In this document: piece after piece, positions 20,876 through 33,000 of the stretch
How positions within the stretch are numbered: position 1 is the stretch's first letter
Layout of the letters: every line of letters begins with the position of its first letter
Assembly (NCBI GenBank): GCA_032718475.1
Contig: JAUCBJ010007943.1
Location: 61,046-125,045, forward strand
Length of the DNA stretch: 64,000 nt
From: Nemertoderma westbladi
Lineage: Eukaryota > Animalia > Xenacoelomorpha
Direction of reading: 5' to 3'
Program-made: the position numbers and the translations under genes
Notes under the pieces: model-generated
Seen by the model: the letters and a program-made list of their open reading frames with translations, nothing else
Database searches by the model: none
Told to the model about the DNA's origin: nothing

Positions 20876-23362
20876 TAGGGTGGTCCTTATTTTGAAAGGT
20901 TGGAATTTATCATCTCTGACCCCCTCAAATGTTTCCATTTCGTCAAAAAATATGACATGCGAAATTTTAAGCATGTACATCAAATATTAGAGGTAGCTCA
21001 AACACACTGAAGTTGAGTGTCTGGTCACCGATTGATCGTGCACGAAGAATATAATAGAGTTTGCTGATATGAAGGCTTCTTTTGTCGTACAGAGTTAATT
21101 TTAGGCTTATTTGAACCGCAGTCATCGATTTAGTGGGTGTAGTGTAGAGTAGATACCTTCAAAACAAGTGCTAAGCTAGTAGTTCTTGAGATATCACACA
21201 AAAGCTTAAGCCCGGCACAACTCATCAATCGATCATTCAATTGATTATGCCAAGGACATATTGAAATATTCGCATTTACATTTTGTAGGTCTACCTCCCT
21301 GCATCTTATTTCAGTTAATCTCGATTTTAGCATTGTCTAACCATTCAAAGCTATGTTTAATAAAAAAAAATTCATCACAACCCCATGGGAAATGCTTGCA
21401 CAAACATCACTAATTTGTGCCTAAGCGCCATTTGGTACGATATCAATAATTGGCCACAAAACTTAACTTTTGGTTAATTATATCTAGGAACTGTTCGTTT
21501 AATTTGATTTTTACTGATTTTAAGTGCAGAACCCAAAAATTGCATCTGATTTGTATTTTAAAATGATATGGTGCATGATATACAACACAACAATACTATA
21601 CTGTACTTCAAAGCATTTTAAGATACGGATTGATAGATGCAGAGATATGTACATCCAGTGACCAAAAGAGAACTAATATATGGGAAGAAGCTTTGCACAT
21701 ATGTATTATACATAATTAGGCAATGCTGATTCCAAATCTGATTTCAGATTTGCCTTACCACACACATCAAGTTTTTTCACAATTGCCACTTTGAGTTCAA
21801 AAACTTATTGCAAACGACTGTGATGAGTGGCGTAGATTCAAATAAGAATCAAATATGCTCAAAATCAATCCAAAACATTGAATGGAGCTTTGTTTATATG
21901 AATTATATTATATATTTTTAAACAATGCTGATTCCTAATCTGCTTTCATATTTGCCAAACTGCCATAGGATATCAAGTTGTTTTTTACAATTGCCAATTT
22001 AAGTTCAAATTACTTATCGCAAACAATTATTATGAGTGAAAGTAGATTCAATAAGAATAAAATACACCCCCAAATCAATCTACAACATATGCTATGGTAA
22101 ATCTGATAGCAGATTCACCATATAGATTGCATTGTTTAATATATAACAAAGCTCTTTTTCATGTTTTATATTGATTTGGAGCATATTTGATTATTATTGA
22201 ATCTACTTCACTCATCACAGTTGTTCGCGAGAAGTAATTTGAACTCAAATTGGCAATTGTGAAAAAACTTGATATGATATGGCAGCATGGCAAATCTGAA
22301 AGCAGATTTAGAATCAGCATTGTTTTCATTATATATAATTCATATAAACAAAGCTCCTTTCAATGTTTTAGATTGATTTTGAGCATATTTGATTCTCATT
22401 TGAATCTACATCACTCATCTTTGCGATAAGTTTTTTGAATTCAAATTGGCAATTGTGAGAAAACTTTATGGGGTAAGGCAAATCTGAAATCAGATTTGGA
22501 ATCAGCATTGTCTAATTTTGTATAATGCATATGTTCATAGCTTCTTCCCATATAGTACTCTTATGGTCGCTGGATGCACATATCTCTGTATCTATCAATC
22601 CTTTTAATATGCTTTGAAGTACAGTATGGTATTGTTGTATATCATGCACTATATCATTTTAAAATTCAAATCAGATGAGATTTTTGGATTCTGCACCTTA
22701 AAATCAGTCAAAATCAAATTAAACGAACAGTTCCTAGATATAATTAACCAAAAGTTAAGTTTTGTGGCCAATTATTGATATCGTACCAAATGGCGCTTAG
22801 ACACAAATGATGCTTGTGCAAGCATTTCCCATGGGGTTGTGATAAATTTTTTTTACTAAACATAGCTTTGAATGGTTAGACAATGCTAAAATCGAGATTA
22901 ACTGAAATAAGATGCAGGGAGGTAGACCTACAAAATGTTAATGCCAATATTTCAATACATCCTAGGTGCAATCAATTGAATGATCGATTGATGAGTTGTG
23001 CCGGGCTTAAGCTTTTCTGTGATATCTCAAGAACTACTAGCTTAGCACTTGTTTTGAAGATATCTACACCCACTAAATCGATGATTGCGGTTCAAATAAT
23101 AATATAATATAATAATAATAATATAAATTAACTCTGTACAACAAATAGAAGCCTTCATATCAGCAAACTCCATTATATTCTGCGCGCGCGATTAAATGGT
23201 GTCCAAACGCTCAACTTCAGGGTGTTTGAGCTACCTCTAAATATATATCATTTGTGCTCAAATTTTACTCAAGGTGTTTTTTTATCAGAAGAAAGGACTT
23301 GGGGGGTTCAGAGGAGAATTTCCACAACTTTTAAATTTTACATTGAAATAAGGACCACCCTA
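20876..23362. mobile_element. Non-autonomous hAT (hATm-like) foldback element with ~1.2-kb inverted arms
   Basis: Termini TAGGGTGGTCCTTATTT / AAATAAGGACCACCCTA; 8-bp TSD ATCTACAT (20868-75, 23363-70); mirrored ORFs 21130-21333(-) and 22883-23107(+). Confidence 0.92.
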
Positions 23363-23762
23363 ATCTACATGCAATTTCGGAACTCAATATCAATACAATT
23401 TATGAACCACAAAAGATTAGGATAGGACTAGCTGACTAGTGCAATATAATATATATTGGAATGGCTGAATGGTTTGAAATGAATGATTCAGAACAGACTA
23501 TTCATCAGTTTCAGGCTCCTCTTCTATCAGTCTATGGTACCTATTGCTCATATCTTGTTGGATTTGGAAGTTCAAATCGACTAGTTCTTGTTTTTTTTGG
23601 ACAATTTAAGGAGTTCTGAGTATTCTACGAAATCAGACTGCCAATTAGACAAAATATCTATCAATTTTTCTCACAGTTGCTCCGCAGTTAATTTTGCAAT
23701 TGCTTCTGTTTTTACCCGGTCGCTACACATGGGATAGGCAGGCATATGTAGCATTTCCATCG

Positions 23763-24015
23763 GGGTTTGACTAAATACGCCACCGACAACCACCGACACC
23801 TTTCGCATACCACCGACAACCACCGACAACAAAAGACACAAACCGACACAAACCGACAGGTAAGATCGCAAACCGACAGTATACCGACAACTTCGGTAAT
23901 GTTAGTAAACTATTTCAGTACATGATTATACAATTTTTATTTCCAGTCCAAATATTTATAACAAAGTATATTGTCCACTGTCGGCCTGTTGTCGGTGGTG
24001 TAATTAGTCGAACTG
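23763..24015. mobile_element. MITE with diverged ~28-bp TIRs and internal ACCGACA repeats
   Basis: gggtttgactaaatacgccaccgacaac versus the reverse complement of gttgtcggtggtgtaattagtcgaactg; TSD not resolved. Confidence 0.65.
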
Positions 24016-25432
24016 ATTGAGCCGAGTAAGTAGGCTTATGTAAGTATGTATATGCACAATATTGGCTGTATGTATGTACATATTGACATTGGCCCTAGCA
24101 CCTAGCTGATAGCAGGACAGGCCATTAGAGATTGTAATAGGCTTCCAGTAATGATTGGAACCTAGATATTGTCTGCATGCTGGTGCCACCCATACCAGGG
24201 CAATAGATTTGTCTGCATGGTCACTCAGGGTAATAGTTTGATGGGCAGGTCCGTTTAAAGCCAGCTTGCTGGCCTTCTAGTTGAGTTGATGTAAAGGACA
24301 AGGCTAATTAATAATACATGGCAATAATAATAAGATCAATTTGTATTCAATTTATTTTAGTTAGATTACCCATAGCCTCGTTTAACATTGCTGCCTAGTT
24401 GAATTAATCTGCCGCCCAACCTCAACAGCCACGCCGAGTAAAGCCAGGAAATCAGGAATGCTTATAAATTTAATCAAAAGTCTAAATAAAACAAAATATA
24501 AAAGCAGAAGCAATATTCCATTCCAATATTGGATTCCAATCCAACGCAAACAAACAGACAAAGAGGTTTAAAGCAAGAATGACTTTCATCAACCAAACAA
24601 ACTGCTTCCCGTCTAACTGTGTAATGTAATGTAATACACAGTCGTCTAAGCTACTAAGCATACAAATCACAACCACAATTATTAGTGTGATGTCGATGTG
24701 TGAAATGTTATCCTATTTGCAAACCTGGGAAACGGCCCTAAAGAGAGGTTTATTCTGCTAAGACCAGAAGACAGTAAGAAGAGTAGGCTAACAGGAAATA
24801 CAAATATGTAATAATAATAATATAATTTTTTTAGATAGTTTTTCTAATTAATTATTATTTACTTTTAATTTTTATGAATTGCTTTGATAACATAATACAC
24901 TACCCAGAGGTACACAATAATTAATTAATCTATAAAGTCGTAAAATGAAATTAACTCAGGATTGATTTTATTTTACAACACTTTTAGTGACAACTGACAA
25001 GAGTCATTTATTAGAATCGTATGTTAAAATCAACACCAGGAATTGCGCCATAATATTACAGTATTATATGTACACAAACACAATATAGCACGAATCGGCA
25101 CTCAGTCAGCCAGTGCCAATGAAGAATAGCCATTGCAATCATAATATGATTGATTGACAGGTTCCACTTGACAGATTTCACAGGGAACTAAATAACTCCT
25201 ATACCCCGATTCGGGGTATACCTAATTTTTTCCGCTGCCTGGAGATTTTCTAGTAGAACACCAATTCGGGGTATAGCTTTCTACTGAAAATCTCCAATCG
25301 GTGTCACTATTTTCCACTATAACACCGATTCTGGGTATAGAGCTGTACCCCAATTCGGGGTATTTTCCCTTACTGGATTAGGCCCTAGTCTGCTAGTCTA
25401 TGGTCTATCTATCTACCTACAGATATACTGAT

Positions 25433-26315
25433 TAGTGTTAGACCGGAGCTCCGGCTCCGGTCCGGATCCGGCCCGGAAAATGGTGCTCCGGTTCCGGTCC
25501 GGCTCCGGCTAAAATATGACCGGAGGACCGGAGCTCCAGTATAAAACTGTAAAATACAGACAGAGACACACAATGCACAGATGTACAATGCACAATCAGT
25601 TGTCCACAGTCACAGTCATCTAGTCTAGTCCATCATAGTAAAGCTACACTGCCTACTGCTGTACTGGCCTACCAGGTGCAAAGGCTGAGGCTACAAAGAC
25701 AGGCCAGTCCACTGTCAGTACACTAGTACCTACAGTACTGTACTACCTACTCACTCTCTGACTCTGTCTTGCCTGTCTGCCTGTCGCTGTCACTAGCCTA
25801 GTACAGTAGTATTAGTACTAGTACCTATACCTCCTGCTGTCCTGACCTCTACCTGTCTACATCTACAGACTGACAGATCTACTGGCAGACTGAGTTGATG
25901 CTATCAACCATTCTTCTATTGCATCTTTGATCTGTTGTTTTGTTAGATTTCCTGATTTAATATGTACGTACAGACGTAATAAAACTACCCGACTAGGTAC
26001 CGTCAGACCGTAATGTACTGGTTTATGAGTATAAAGTATAAACAAAGTCAGAAAGTGGAGAAGTTGGCACACTAAATGTAGCTGTGTAGTCAGGTAGTGG
26101 ACTAACTGCAACATGCCAGGTCGTATTATAGTACAGTCTGACAGTGCAGCGCAGCAGTGGTACCGGTACCTTTAGGTCATACAGTCATACCAGGCCTCAA
26201 TATATATTTTTTAATTTTACTTACCCGGTCCGGCTCCGGTTCCGGCTCCGGTACTTTTGGAATTTACCCGGTCCGGTTCCGGCTCCGGCAAAAATCTGGC
26301 TCCGGTCTAACGCTA
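25433..26315. mobile_element. hAT-type MITE
   Basis: TIR TAGTGTTAGACCGGAGC / GCTCCGGTCTAACGCTA; 8-bp TSD ATACTGAT; subterminal CCGGNT repeats. Confidence 0.9.
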
Positions 26316-26399
26316 ATACTGATATATGTATGCTATGGCTATCTGGCTATAGGCAGATAGGCCTACCTCTACGCAAAAGATATACAGATATACTGATAT

Positions 26400-26620
26400 A
26401 GGCCTACCCCGTCTGCCCGTCCCCCGTCTGGTCTGGTAGTTCCCGAAAGCAGGAAAGGCACGCTTGCTTGCCTGGCCGGCTGGCCCTATACAATGGAATA
26501 TTGACAAAAAGCGCGCCACACGGCTGCACGGGTTCTGGTAAAACGAAAAGCGCGCCAGCCGGCATCCCTAACATTCAATGCGCGCCAACCATTCACCATG
26601 CAGCCATGAAATTTTGAAAT
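26400..26620 (+). promoter_or_regulatory. Candidate promoter of the FUBP-family gene, with three GCGCGCCA (E2F-like) motifs
   Basis: CpG-rich patch ~400 bp upstream of the first coding exon; GCGCGCCA at 26511, 26550 and 26580. Confidence 0.45.
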
Positions 26621-26973
26621 TATTACTGTCAGACTGTATTATATTCCCCTACCGTTACTGTGTACTGCAGTACTGCCTGACTGCAGGACTGCCCTAGGCT
26701 GAGAAGACTGAGGAGTGTTCTCAGCCTAGGCTGAGATGACAATGACTGGGGTCTGGTCTGGGGGTGGGGAGTCATTTCAAGAGCTGAAGAGGGACTTATC
26801 TCAGCCTTGTACACCGGCCTGCCGGCTGACCTGTAATACTATAACAGTCAGACAGTAACAGTACTGCAGTACGAGTACAGGAGTAGGCCTACAATTACAG
26901 ACAGCAGAATTAATACCAGAATACAGCAATATCAGAATATTAGTAACCTAACCGGTAATTTTGTAATTATATA

Positions 26974-27036
26974 ATGAAAAGTGATTTAAAAGTCGAAAAT
27001 CTTGGAGATGAAAATCGAGCAAATGGTGAAGTACCG
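26974..27036 (+). CDS. FUBP1: FUBP-family coding exon 1 (putative)
   Basis: ATG...[21 protein letters not shown]|gtaagt, phase 0. Exon 2 has an alternative ATG at 28014. Confidence 0.6.
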
Positions 27037-30000
27037 GTAAGTAAATCTTTAAATAGCTGAATACAGGACAGCAGGAATAGAATAGGCCTACAGGCTGACA
27101 GGTGACAGAAAAACTTAATTTAACTTAATTTAAGAAAATTTAATTCAAAAATATGAAATAAGGCACAGCACCCAAATAGAAAATACATATAATAAAGCAC
27201 ATATTTTAAATACAGTTAGGAACACTGGTCACTTTCTGGCTGAAGCTCAGCCAAAAATTGTCCACATATTTACAGCCAGAAAGTGTCCGTGCAGCCACTA
27301 TTTGTCCTTCACAGGCTGCGATTATATTTCCGGACATATTTTGGCTGTAACTCCACTAGTACCCAAAGCAGAAGCTGGGCACATTTTTATTTTTAATATT
27401 ATGATAGTTATCCCAACGATGAGATTCTAATTCTCAAATTAATTTATACAGAATTTTATGGCGATTCTAATGGCATAATTTTTAGAATGCCAATGTTAAA
27501 ATTTCACTGCCGGTTTTCAAATGAAATTTAGCATTGTTTTCTATGGAGAAATTTCACTCTGAGAGCGTTTTCCGCGGACACATTCTGGCTGTAAATTGGA
27601 CATATTGTGACCAGTGTTCCTGACTGAAATAGCTGAATAGCGCAGACGTGTTATTTGGGTGTATGATAATGGAGGTCAGTCGGAAAGCAAAGCTTGTAGG
27701 AAACTGACCTACAGCGCTACAGGCTGACAGTGATGAAACAAAACACCTGTTTATTTATTTATTTATATATGACAGGGCACGGTAGCCTGGCAGCGTCAGT
27801 GTGTCAGTGCTTGGTACTCGTAGCTATACGTACGTAACCATTACTGGTACGGGTACCTACTGCATTACTGCATTAACAACAGGCCGAGGCCCGACGCCTA
27901 ATTTACCCCTACCCTATTCTGTATTCATAGCTGCATAGGCCTGCCAACCTGTAGGCCTAGGTGAGTTCGATTATTTGAAATTGCCTTAACCGAATATAAA
28001 ATATTTGTAGGTCATGAATTCTGCACCTCCAACATCAAATGATTCTACCGAGCCCGTTGCCCCAGTTACTGCCACACATACTATTACTGGTAATGTTGTA
28101 ACAGTTGGAGTAAAGAGGCCTGCCGAAGGTACTGGAGATGGGCCTGCAGTGAAGAAAATAAATATAACAAGTAAGTGAATCTCCTTGGTTTGTTTTGGTT
28201 CCAATAAAGGAATGATATGTGCTAAGTTAGAATGTAGGAGCTTCCTGGAATGATTGTATCGTTTTAGAATTTTAGATACAGTAGACTGTTAGATAACCTT
28301 CAACCATAGTATATAGCCTTGTAGTTATTATTTATATGTGTTTCCAAATAATCTTTAATCATTGGTTGGTAATTTCACCACGTTCTTATGTTTCATATGT
28401 ATTTTCAACATATTTCTTGTATTTTTTTTAGGACAACGGGTTGGTGTGTTGTACGTCAGAGAAATATAGGCGTAATAGGCCTAGCCCCCTTGGGAAGTAA
28501 CGCTTGTGTAGATTAAATTTTGTATGCATTACTTTTTTATGAAATACAATTATCATAATTGTAATGTGTAAAGTTTACCTTTCCTTTTGTTACTTCATCT
28601 GTTTAGTTTAAACTCGGTGTAATATATACAAACACTATATTTTATTGCCCACTGACTTACCTTGTAATTGTTTGTTTTAGTTCCCCCTGGACATGTGACC
28701 GAGGTATTCCCGGTTCCAAATGATGTTGTCGGATTTGTTATCGGTAAGGCCGGAGCCGGAGCAAAAAAGATTACGGCGGAGACCGGTTGCAGACTCCAGG
28801 TGGATCAATCATCCAATCCCGGAGGAGAGTACAAGAATTGTATTCTAGTTGGCGCCCCAGAACAGTTAGCGTGAGTGTAAATGATCTGTAGAACAATCTG
28901 TTGTATTTTGTTACGTTAGATTAGGTGACAAACATATTTAATTACTAATTCTAATTTATCGTATTTACTTACAGGTATATACTTCATTACACATATGCAA
29001 TGGTTTATGTTTTGAACCGAATATGTTATTATTTGTTTCTGCTCACAAAATAACTATAATTTAATATTCAGTGCGATTTTTTATTTTGTATATCACATTT
29101 TAATTGGGGTTTAAGGCTTTCTCCACGAATTTTCTCATTTTAATTTCACGCCAGCAATGGAAAGTAATGACTGAGATTATCGAAATTGTTTATTATCTAC
29201 AAAATATGATCGAATCTGAAATTATATTCCTGATTCCTGAATAACTACCACTACTTGGTCGAGCGAGCTCGGACATACACTTTCGGTTGCGGGTTTCAAC
29301 CGTTGTATTAATTGTTTAATAAGAAAGACACAATGATACTGACAATAATTTATATATTATGTAATGTAATAATGAGAATGAGACGCAATAGTGGAGCCTA
29401 GTTGAATGGAACATAATTAATTGCTTAACGAACTTCCGGAATTTATCACACTGGCTGCACTGGCTTTTTGTGTTGAAAAACTTGACCTACTAAACTTAAC
29501 AAAAAAAAAAGTTAAAACGAAATTAAATATATTAATTTTCGGTTTCGCTTTTCCCGTTCGAACCGCTATAATATTTTGCGGGATACCCTGTATAATTAAA
29601 TAATAATTTTTTCTCTTTTTTCCCGTTTTTTTGCTCTATTGTTAATGTTCACAATTGATATATTGACGTGTAAAATCTGTATCTCTGTCACACACAAGTT
29701 TGTAGTAACTTTCATCATACATTTATTATCCATATCCAGAGTAGTACCAACATTGCATAACATTTAATTTCTATTCACTGAGTCGGAGATATACCGAATA
29801 TATATCTTATATATACCGTATATATATCTTATATATACCGTAAATATATCGTATATATACCGTATATATATCGTATATATATCGTATATATACCGTATAT
29901 ATATCGTATATATACCGTATATATATCGTATATATATCGTATATATATATCGTATATATACCGTATATATATCGTATATATAGGTTTGATTTAGGGGTGT

Positions 30001-33000
30001 GCCGGATATCCGGCCGGATTTTGAGAAAAAAATCCGGTTCCGGCTCCGGCTGGATTTCCATTTCAACGAATTGTTAACAAAATTTACAATTAATATAAAT
30101 GTTCAAAAAAAACATAAAAATAAATGTTCTTTCAATTTCACACAAACTTAAATATAAGCAAATACAATGGAATACAATACAATTTTTTTGCTAGTTTGTA
30201 TCATCTCCATTATTCATATTTTGAATTATGATAAAGTCTACAGCAGAGCTATAATTTTATGACTATCTACAATCGACATGCTGAGCTGACTGACTACTTT
30301 TTTTGCCAAGAATATTTGTATTTGGTTGGGATCAGCCTCACTAACACTTAATTAATTAGTACAGGTATGCCCAGCCCATATACTAATTATAACTAGCCAA
30401 TAATTATTATGTTGTCCCAGCGCACAAGCGTTGATGTTAGTCAGATCTAGGTAGGTTTGTTATAAAATGAGATTAAGCTTACCACCGTGAATGACCAGAC
30501 CAGTTTATGTAATCGACGGCCAATTTAGAAACTCTAGTAAATACAATTTAACTCAGAGAGTATAAAACAACTACAGAGATTATTACTTCGTTTTATTTTT
30601 CAATTTGCACTTTATTTAATTTCATTTTCATATTTTACATTTTTACATTTTACAACATCTAACCAATTAGCAAATATCAAAGCGGCGTAGGTTATGGTGC
30701 AAATTCCTATGGTGATATATAACAAAAATCCGGCTTTGGTCTGAATTCCGGCCGGATTTTTTTACAAATCTGGCTCCGGTTCCGGCCTGGCCGGTTTGAA
30801 AAAGGTAAATCCGGCACATCCCTAGTTTAATTTAACTGAAACGGGTGTGGGGACTGGACACAAATCCCATCTCGGCTAATTTATATTTCGTCTAATTATT
30901 AATTACGGAAAGGGAGCAGGTTATATGTGCCAGTATTTCTAACCAAAACTAAATTAAATACAACAGATTATAGTTATATTTTTGGGAATAATCATCTGTT
31001 ATTATCATCAATTTTCCCCAGGAGAGGGATGAATTTCCCACTATTTGCCATAACAATAATATGAAGTGCGAATATATACGAAATCTCTATAAACACTTAA
31101 AGGCGTAAATAGATAATCACAACCTCATGAAGATGGATAGGTTATACAAAACAATTAATTATTATGTTTCGTACCGGTATCGGTATACAGTATGTATGTA
31201 TATGATATAGTATCGCCCACCAATCTATATACATAAATACAAATTTGAGATATACATACATACATACATACATGGCATATTTTTCTTGTATCTTATTTAT
31301 ATACGAAACCGCTACCTTTACGTGCCCCGTGTCAGCGCAATTTTTATTGTTGTTTTAGCAATTTTTGGTAATATTATGTAATTAATTCTCCATGTTTTTT
31401 TTTATTTCTTGTTATTTTATGGCCTGTTCTTCACTTCTTATGGATTAATTTGGTAGGCCGTTTTTAAATTAATCACTGATTTACGCATGTGTTGTGTGTG
31501 TGTAGTGTGAGTTCTATAATGAATTATGTTAAATATGATATTAATTATATATTACCCTATACGGCTTCTATTGAATAGGTCAATAATGAAAACTATAAAG
31601 GCCCATTTATACTCGGCCGTATGGGGATTGTATGGTAAGAAATTGTGATATTTGTCCGTACAGCAGTCATCAGGCGGCCGTACGGTTTGTTTGGTATCAG
31701 GTTTTGCCGTACGGCAATAATAGACCATACGGCCGTAAAAAAACTTTAGATTCCATACGGCACCGTACGGCCATATGGTGAGGCCGTACGTTGACCTCAC
31801 GGCCGCCGTACGACGTTGACCTCACGCCCCCCGTACGACGTTGACCTCACGGCTGTCGTACGTCCGAGTATAAATGGAGCTTTAGTCAATCGAGACTGAA
31901 TTTAATGTTGACGTTTTTCTCCCATTTTCCCATTCGGTTATCTATCATAGCCCTACTCAAACTTTTAGTATTTTTAATACCAATATTGGATAATAACATG
32001 TTCCAAATATGGTTGGCCGATGATCTTATTAAAATATACCGTGTTAACGGGTATCGAAATATTGTGTGTCTATAATTTATGTACATTTTTTATTTTATAA
32101 GTTTATATAATATTTTTAATATATAATATATATATATAATATTTTTTATTTTAATATTTTTTTCACAAGTACATCCTCCCTCTGTTTGTGATATACTGTT
32201 GCAGTTTTGCAGATCTTAGTGTATCTAATACATTTTTCTATTTAGTTTTTAGTATCCAAATAGCAACATTTCCATTTTGCGCATCTGAAGGCTACAAGCT
32301 ACCTCGGAGATTAATGATATTGTTTCCTCAGTATTGTTTTTGTTCCCTATATATAGATTAGCGCGATCGGCCATAGCCCAGGTTATTGGCCGGGCCACAC
32401 AAGGGGCGCCTATGACTATAGAGATTTTAATTCCTGCTACTAAAGTTGGTCTTGTAATTGGCGGCCAAGGAGCTACAATTAAAAACATAAAACAAACGTC
32501 GGGTAAGTTTATTCAGTTGGCTACGGATGGTCTCAGCAACTCTGCATGCAGATATCTGCTATGCCATAAAGACTTATGTATTTATTTATGATTTTATTTA
32601 GTTAAAATTTTTCCATTGGTTATAAATAATTATTTTTTTGTATCTGAGTGCTTATTTATTAACAAAATAGTTATTTAAGTGGGTTAGGTGTGAGGGTGAG
32701 GTATATATTTTCATCTGTAATCTTTTTTTTATAGTGATTGCAATTAATTGGTATTCTAAAAATTGCGATACAGGTGTTAAATATATAGGTGCACATTGTA
32801 CCTGGTGCTGGTACAACAATGTTTTTAAGGTTAAGTTCTGAATTTTTTACTTTTTTTTAACTGACATAGTCATTTGTCAAGTTATCCTTTTATAAACTGC
32901 ATGTGATTAGATAATCATTTAATTAGTATTAATTATTGTATATTTAGGCTACTTATAAAATTATTAGTAAGATAACTAGTAAAAAAATTCCTTTATAAAT

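Noticed and set aside
21130-23107. Pair of similar small ORFs (MLKSRLTEIRC...)
   Set aside because: Mirror images from the inverted arms of the hAT element; no domain.
29764-30066. YIRYIY-repeat ORFs
   Set aside because: Translation of a TA-rich minisatellite.
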